Assembly: GCA_964621445.1 (NCBI GenBank)
Contig: CAZUNO010000010.1
Span: 1 to 64,000, forward strand
Length of the DNA stretch: 64,000 nucleotides
Source: Candidatus Hadarchaeota archaeon
Lineage (GTDB): Archaea > CAYQAE01 > CAYVLA01
Direction: 5' to 3'
Within the stretch, counting starts at the first letter, position 1. Every line of letters begins with the position of its first letter. Shown here in pieces: positions 59,050-64,000 of this stretch. Below the pieces are notes generated by a model that did no database searches, was not told the DNA's origin, and saw nothing but the letters and a program-made list of their open reading frames with translations. A program made the translations under genes and the position numbers.

Positions 59050-59547
59050 ATGAAGTCCATCGTGGAGGAGGCTCTCAACCTAGGAGCGACTGAGGCGAAG
59101 GTCATTGGCCCCGGTGACATAGTCACCGCCAATTGGGTGAGGCTAAAATGCAGGTTTGGCTGCCCGGGTTGGGGAAATTCAATTACCTGTCCTCCAAACA
59201 CTCCAAAGCCTGATGAGATTCGGAAGGTAGTGGATGAATACCAGGCTGCAATCCTCATTAGAAAACGGGGATCCTGGCCTGACTGCATGGAACGGATGGT
59301 TGAGCTGGAAAGGTTCGCGTTTCTCAAGGGTTACTATAAGGCCTTTGCCTTTTCCTGTGGCCCATGCCGATTATGCGATGATTGTAATCCGGAAAAGGTT
59401 TGTCCTTCTCCTGAGAAAGTTAGACCCTCGATGGAGGCTTGCGGTATCGATGTGTTCGCCACCGCCAGGAATGCGGGGATGCCAATAGACGTTGCAGGAT
59501 CCCGGGATGAAAACCCCAACTATTATACAATGATACTCGTGGAGTAG
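59050..59547 (+). CDS. DUF2284 Cys-rich metal-binding protein
   Basis: KCRFGC, CPP, GPCRLCDDC, RPSMEACGIDV. Confidence 0.85.
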   Translation: MKSIVEEALNLGATEAKVIGPGDIVTANWVRLKCRFGCPGWGNSITCPPNTPKPDEIRKVVDEYQAAILIRKRGSWPDCMERMVELERFAFLKGYYKAFAFSCGPCRLCDDCNPEKVCPSPEKVRPSMEACGIDVFATARNAGMPIDVAGSRDENPNYYTMILVE

Positions 59548-59551
59548 GATT

Positions 59552-60898
59552 TCACTCCGTGTACGGCACCGTTCCCCATTCATCGGTGACCAGGCCATAT
59601 TTCTCAATATAATATTCGGAGGATCTGAACTGGTCATTCCTCTCGTTTAGCATCTGGCCTAGCAGACCATCGAGCTCGGCCTTGAGATCACGGTACCTTG
59701 GGTCATGGCATAGATTATTCATCTGAAATGGATCATTTTCGTTGTCATATAGAAGCCAGGGACCCTCGAGGGTTCGAGCATAGGTGTATCTCCTGGTCCT
59801 CACCCCGCGGTACTCCTTCCCACCATTTTTCTTAACCCATTCTCCGAATGGCGAGTAACAGGCTATCAGCGAGGCATTCCGGGGGGATGGTTCGTGGTTT
59901 ATCAGGTGACCCGAGTGATCCAACCCCTCGACCGTTTCAGGGGTCTCAAGCCCCGAAAGCCCAAGCAGGGTGGGCATGATATCAGGAGTGCTGATCGGGC
60001 TTTCTATAATTCTAGATCTATAACCGAACTGCCGGGGGTAGCGCAGTAGAAAGGGAACGAGAATTGACTCATCCCAGGGCCTTTGCTTTCTCTGTTCGCC
60101 CTGGGACCCGAGCATATCTCCATGATCCGAGGTAAATACTAGTATGGTATCCCTTTCCTGTCCCTGTTCCTTCAGGTTGTTAGTTATCTCCCCCATACAG
60201 TCATCCATGGCGGATACATGGGCGTAATACCCTGCCAGTTCCCTGGCCGCCTTCTCCCTCATCTCCTCGGTTACATTGGGACGTAACTCAACTTCCTCCG
60301 GTAGGTACATGCTTCTGTACTTCTCGGGGGCCGTGTGGTAGGGGTTGTGTGGCGGTCCCCATGAAAGAAATAGCAGGAAGGGTTGCTCTCCAGAGTTCTG
60401 TGCTATGAACCTTTTTGCTTCCCGGGTCTGGGCAATGGCATCGTACCCGTCCCATTTACTTTCCCGTCCGTCTCCAGTGTAGTAGTACGAGTCATTATAC
60501 CTATGAGTGCATTCCTGGACCTTCCAGAAATCAAATCCCTGCCTCCTTTCCGGAGTTATGAAGTTTGAACGCCCATGTCCATCAAGGTGCCATTTTCCGA
60601 TATATCCCGTTCGATATCCCGCCTCCCTGAAGCAATGGGCTATGGATTTGAATTTTGGTTCCAGGTAAACGTCGTTCTGGAAGATGCCGTGACTTAGTGG
60701 ATACATCCCCGAGATCATGCTGGCCCTGGCTGGGCTACACACTGGGCATTGGGAGACCGCGTTGGTGAAATTAATGGATTGGCGAGCCAATGAATCCAAA
60801 TTGGGAGTGTATAGGTTCCGATCACCGGAATAACCGGTTGCCTGGGCTCTCCACTGATCCCCAAAGACGAATATCACGTTTGGTTTCTCGGGACTCAT
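59552..60898 (-). CDS. Cys-type sulfatase
   Basis: CSPARAS, GKWHLDG, GPPHNPY, SDHGD. Confidence 0.95.
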   Translation of the reverse strand: MSPEKPNVIFVFGDQWRAQATGYSGDRNLYTPNLDSLARQSINFTNAVSQCPVCSPARASMISGMYPLSHGIFQNDVYLEPKFKSIAHCFREAGYRTGYIGKWHLDGHGRSNFITPERRQGFDFWKVQECTHRYNDSYYYTGDGRESKWDGYDAIAQTREAKRFIAQNSGEQPFLLFLSWGPPHNPYHTAPEKYRSMYLPEEVELRPNVTEEMREKAARELAGYYAHVSAMDDCMGEITNNLKEQGQERDTILVFTSDHGDMLGSQGEQRKQRPWDESILVPFLLRYPRQFGYRSRIIESPISTPDIMPTLLGLSGLETPETVEGLDHSGHLINHEPSPRNASLIACYSPFGEWVKKNGGKEYRGVRTRRYTYARTLEGPWLLYDNENDPFQMNNLCHDPRYRDLKAELDGLLGQMLNERNDQFRSSEYYIEKYGLVTDEWGTVPYTE

Positions 60899-60899
60899 C

Positions 60900-63800
60900 T
60901 CACGGTTCCTCTTCCGTCCTGATCGATAGTACCGGCGGGCCCATCAAGCCGCAAGGTATCCGGACGTAACCATCGGTCCATTCGTCTCCTTCGGTCTCAA
61001 ACTTTGAAGGTCCCGTCCATTTCGGATATTTCTCCGTGAGATGTAAAGGCCCCAGCAGGTTACGACGGCTGCTTATTATTTCAATTTCCAGAGGGTTCTC
61101 CCCCGGTTCAAGGGCCGGGGTCACCTCCAATTCATATGGAGGCCAGCCAACCCTTCCCACCTCATTTCCATTGACTCGTACCTTGAATAGCACTCCCTCC
61201 CACTCGGGAACCTCTAAGAAGACCCTTTCCTCTTCATCTACATCAGGAGCTTCTATTGAGGTAGAATAGGTTATGGACCCACTGTAGCTTGGAAAACCTG
61301 AATCTGTCCAGTCTCCCAGGCCGAGTTCTTTCGGGACCTCGTATATGACGGGCTCCACCTCCTCCAACCGGGCACCAAACTCTCCCGTCAGGTATACGGT
61401 CTCCAATCCGTGGTCCTGACTATACTCCGTGGTCATGAGTATGGTGTTTCCTCCTTTTTTCAGTTGACCAGGTGGAACCCTGATCCTCTTTAGGCTGGGA
61501 TCTATCCACCAACCCTCACCTTCATCGCGCTCCAGGCGCTTTCCGTTGAGCTCTATTTGGAATCTCTCGGGCTGCTCCAGTACTAGATGGCAGGGACCGG
61601 ATGGAATTTTCTCGGCATTAAACCGGAAACGTATCGAGACCTCAACCTTTTCAAGATCGTCCTTTTCCTTCCGGGCCCACGGTTGAACCATCCTACCTCC
61701 CCTTCTTTGTAGGCCAATGGAATTTCGAATGGCGGCATCCATCTTCAGGATCTCAAGAGGGCCCTTCCAGGAACCTCCATCGATGCAATAGCGTCCCATA
61801 TCCAGGGTGATCGCATTGGGCTCGTCGCGTAGTATTTTCCAAGTTAGAGGATCGATATCTATACGTCTGGATTCGGTTAGGTTCTTCCTTTCCCGTAGAT
61901 CAGGTTTTCCATCAGGATCCACAACAAAAGCCCTACTTCCATAGGCATCTAGGTCGGTATTGAAGACCACACGGCCATCAGCGGAGTCCGAATCTAGCTT
62001 GAAGACATCTCCAGTCGAGGGTTCCCACTCCTGGACCTGGCCGGTGACGGGAATCTTTACCTCAAGGGGACCGCTTTTCGTGGATTGTTTGGTGTGGCAG
62101 ATGAATAGATAATTCCGGCCCTCCTCATCTTCTCTCCACATATATAGGCAGTGCGGATACTCATTCCCATCGGAATCAATTATGGATATGCCGCGGCTGC
62201 CGGATGCGTCCAGTATATCCAGTAGTCTTTTTTCCTCAAGGGGTATGGGCATATTTTCTTCATAGATCCCATCCAATTCATCGCTTTCAATGCCGTCCAC
62301 CCGGGAATCATGGTTAGAGATGAAAACGACATCGCATCCAGACCCCAATGCTGAGTTTAGCAGGGCGATGGTTGACGAACGAAGAGTCCAGGTTGGTGGA
62401 ACAATTATGATCCGGTATCGAGCCTGACCAATAACCAGCTTTCCATCATCGATCCTGCCATGCCGGGAAAGTATTTCCTCGTCCACGAAATCAAAATCGT
62501 AGTGATTGCGGAGGAGCAGGTTCTCCAGGTTTTCCAAATCCCGATTCAGTTCTAATAGCTCGTCGGATTCTCGGTCAGCTGCAGAGTAGAGTCCCCATGC
62601 GCTCTCTATGGGGTGGAGGACCGCGATATCCCGGATCGCTCTTCCCTGGGTGGTGAGAACGTTTATTCTGGAGAAATAGTCCTCTACCAGGTTATATTCC
62701 CTCCACCAGGGCGACTGGAAGGATATTGATGCTGGATAATCCCTTTTTGCCTGTCCCTTCATGGTATACCAGGAGAGATGTTGGCACCTGAGGTTCACTC
62801 CCAGAGCTGCTTGCCAGTCGCCTACTGCCTTATGCTCTGCGAAATTGAAGTGCCAGCCGGTGCAGCCATAAAGCTCGCTCAGCATCCATTTTCTGCCGAA
62901 CTGGTTCTTCACCGAGCTGCACTGTTTTGCGGTGGTTATCTCAGGTTCCATTCCGCCCTCTCTCTCCAGACCCTGTCCTCTGAGTATGTCTATCCCCGGG
63001 GCCTGCATGTGTTCGTAGAATCTCATTGCACTGCCAACCACGGCAGTCTGACTGAGAAGGTTCTCCTCCGATAACACATGGCCAGTGAATAGCAGATCGT
63101 GGTTTTCACACCAATCACCGACTTGTTTGGCGAAAGAACTGGTGAAGAGATGGGTAATTGTCTCGAAGTAGTCCAAACGAACTTTGGAGAACTCCTTTCC
63201 ATCCACCCTGAAGAATAGGCTTGGTAGGTGTTCCACTAGATCATAGCCATGTCTATCCTGAAATACCTCCAGTAAGGAATCAGTCCAGGGGACGCTTCCC
63301 GAGGAGCCGTCGAACCTCAATCTTCCATAGTTTGGTTCATCGGTGAAGATGCCGGGCACGCCACTTCCCAATTCATTCCCCTCCCTATTCGCGTACCTCT
63401 CATGGGTCTTATGGATGAACTCCTGGACCGCACAGGGGGAGAGCGTATCCAGGTAGGTCTGGCCATTGTACCATGGAGAGGGATCCTCCCTGACCACCTT
63501 GAAAAGCAATGCACTCTCCTCCCCATCATTCTGGTCAAAACCGGGCTCTGCTCTTCTTAGGTCCCTAGCCAATCCATCCTCGATCTTGGCGAAGAAGACT
63601 GCGATTTCAGTTCCGTCCAAATCCAAGGAATCCGGGGCTATGACCGAGAGGCGAAGCTCTCTTCGTTGGTATTCGGGATTCTGGGTCACCAGTCCACCGG
63701 CAGCTCCCGAGGGCCATCTATCCTCGTCATACAGCCAGGCCTCCATATCGTTTTTCTTTGCCTCGTCGATACAGGCGCCAACAAGCTGGAACCATTCATC

Positions 63801-63980
63801 CGACAGGTATTCAGTTGCCAGCCCGACTCTGGAATGCATAAACGCGCCTCCCAGACCCATTTTATCAAAGACACGGATCTGACGGCGTAACTCGCTTTCC
63901 TCGAGAGGACCGTTCCAGGCCCAAAAGGGCTTGCCTCGAAAAGCTGAGGGGGGATCGTAAAAGTAGTCACTCAATGCCAA
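60900..63980 (-). CDS. GH106 (alpha-L-rhamnosidase-like) glycoside hydrolase
   Basis: PFWAWN, WLYDEDRWPSGAAGG, GIFTDEP, PGID, SELYG, KRDYP. Confidence 0.85.
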   Translation of the reverse strand: MALSDYFYDPPSAFRGKPFWAWNGPLEESELRRQIRVFDKMGLGGAFMHSRVGLATEYLSDEWFQLVGACIDEAKKNDMEAWLYDEDRWPSGAAGGLVTQNPEYQRRELRLSVIAPDSLDLDGTEIAVFFAKIEDGLARDLRRAEPGFDQNDGEESALLFKVVREDPSPWYNGQTYLDTLSPCAVQEFIHKTHERYANREGNELGSGVPGIFTDEPNYGRLRFDGSSGSVPWTDSLLEVFQDRHGYDLVEHLPSLFFRVDGKEFSKVRLDYFETITHLFTSSFAKQVGDWCENHDLLFTGHVLSEENLLSQTAVVGSAMRFYEHMQAPGIDILRGQGLEREGGMEPEITTAKQCSSVKNQFGRKWMLSELYGCTGWHFNFAEHKAVGDWQAALGVNLRCQHLSWYTMKGQAKRDYPASISFQSPWWREYNLVEDYFSRINVLTTQGRAIRDIAVLHPIESAWGLYSAADRESDELLELNRDLENLENLLLRNHYDFDFVDEEILSRHGRIDDGKLVIGQARYRIIIVPPTWTLRSSTIALLNSALGSGCDVVFISNHDSRVDGIESDELDGIYEENMPIPLEEKRLLDILDASGSRGISIIDSDGNEYPHCLYMWREDEEGRNYLFICHTKQSTKSGPLEVKIPVTGQVQEWEPSTGDVFKLDSDSADGRVVFNTDLDAYGSRAFVVDPDGKPDLRERKNLTESRRIDIDPLTWKILRDEPNAITLDMGRYCIDGGSWKGPLEILKMDAAIRNSIGLQRRGGRMVQPWARKEKDDLEKVEVSIRFRFNAEKIPSGPCHLVLEQPERFQIELNGKRLERDEGEGWWIDPSLKRIRVPPGQLKKGGNTILMTTEYSQDHGLETVYLTGEFGARLEEVEPVIYEVPKELGLGDWTDSGFPSYSGSITYSTSIEAPDVDEEERVFLEVPEWEGVLFKVRVNGNEVGRVGWPPYELEVTPALEPGENPLEIEIISSRRNLLGPLHLTEKYPKWTGPSKFETEGDEWTDGYVRIPCGLMGPPVLSIRTEEEP

Positions 63981-64000
63981 GATATCACTTCGAACAATTA

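Noticed and set aside
1-64000. CRISPR array, rRNA, IS elements and the many short antisense ORFs in the track
   Set aside because: No regularly spaced repeats, rRNA motifs or transposase seen; short ORFs overlap well-supported genes and lack motifs

Overview
Chromosomal window of an archaeon, probably from the TACK group and heterotrophic. This is inferred from TATA promoters 22-24 nt before start codons, a tRNA with BHB introns, and genes for ApgM, archaemetzincin, DPSL and AlaX. It is rich in carbohydrate- and sulfate-ester-processing genes: GH2, GH106-like, GxGYxYP, sialidase-like, three Cys-type sulfatases, and sugar epimerases and oxidoreductases. No CRISPR array, rRNA, integrase or transposase is visible. 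The most striking unexplained signal is an expanded cell-surface family. Seven ~410-430 aa paralogs share a signal peptide, a divergent GATase-like ectodomain with an RxYFPRT motif, a helical stalk with DFxDxFGANT, a Glu-containing TM helix and a conserved WTLMxRRRLY..TTRL tail. At two loci these sit next to the same pair of partner genes, suggesting an undescribed three-component surface system. Other points of interest: a tRNA-Glu(UUC) with two non-canonical introns, one splitting the anticodon; four genes broken by in-frame stops; probable CTG/ATC/ATT start codons; a prenyl synthase-MenA-NDH-2/AIF-like operon; and an AT-rich region with a perfect 14-bp inverted repeat ahead of an unannotated transcript.
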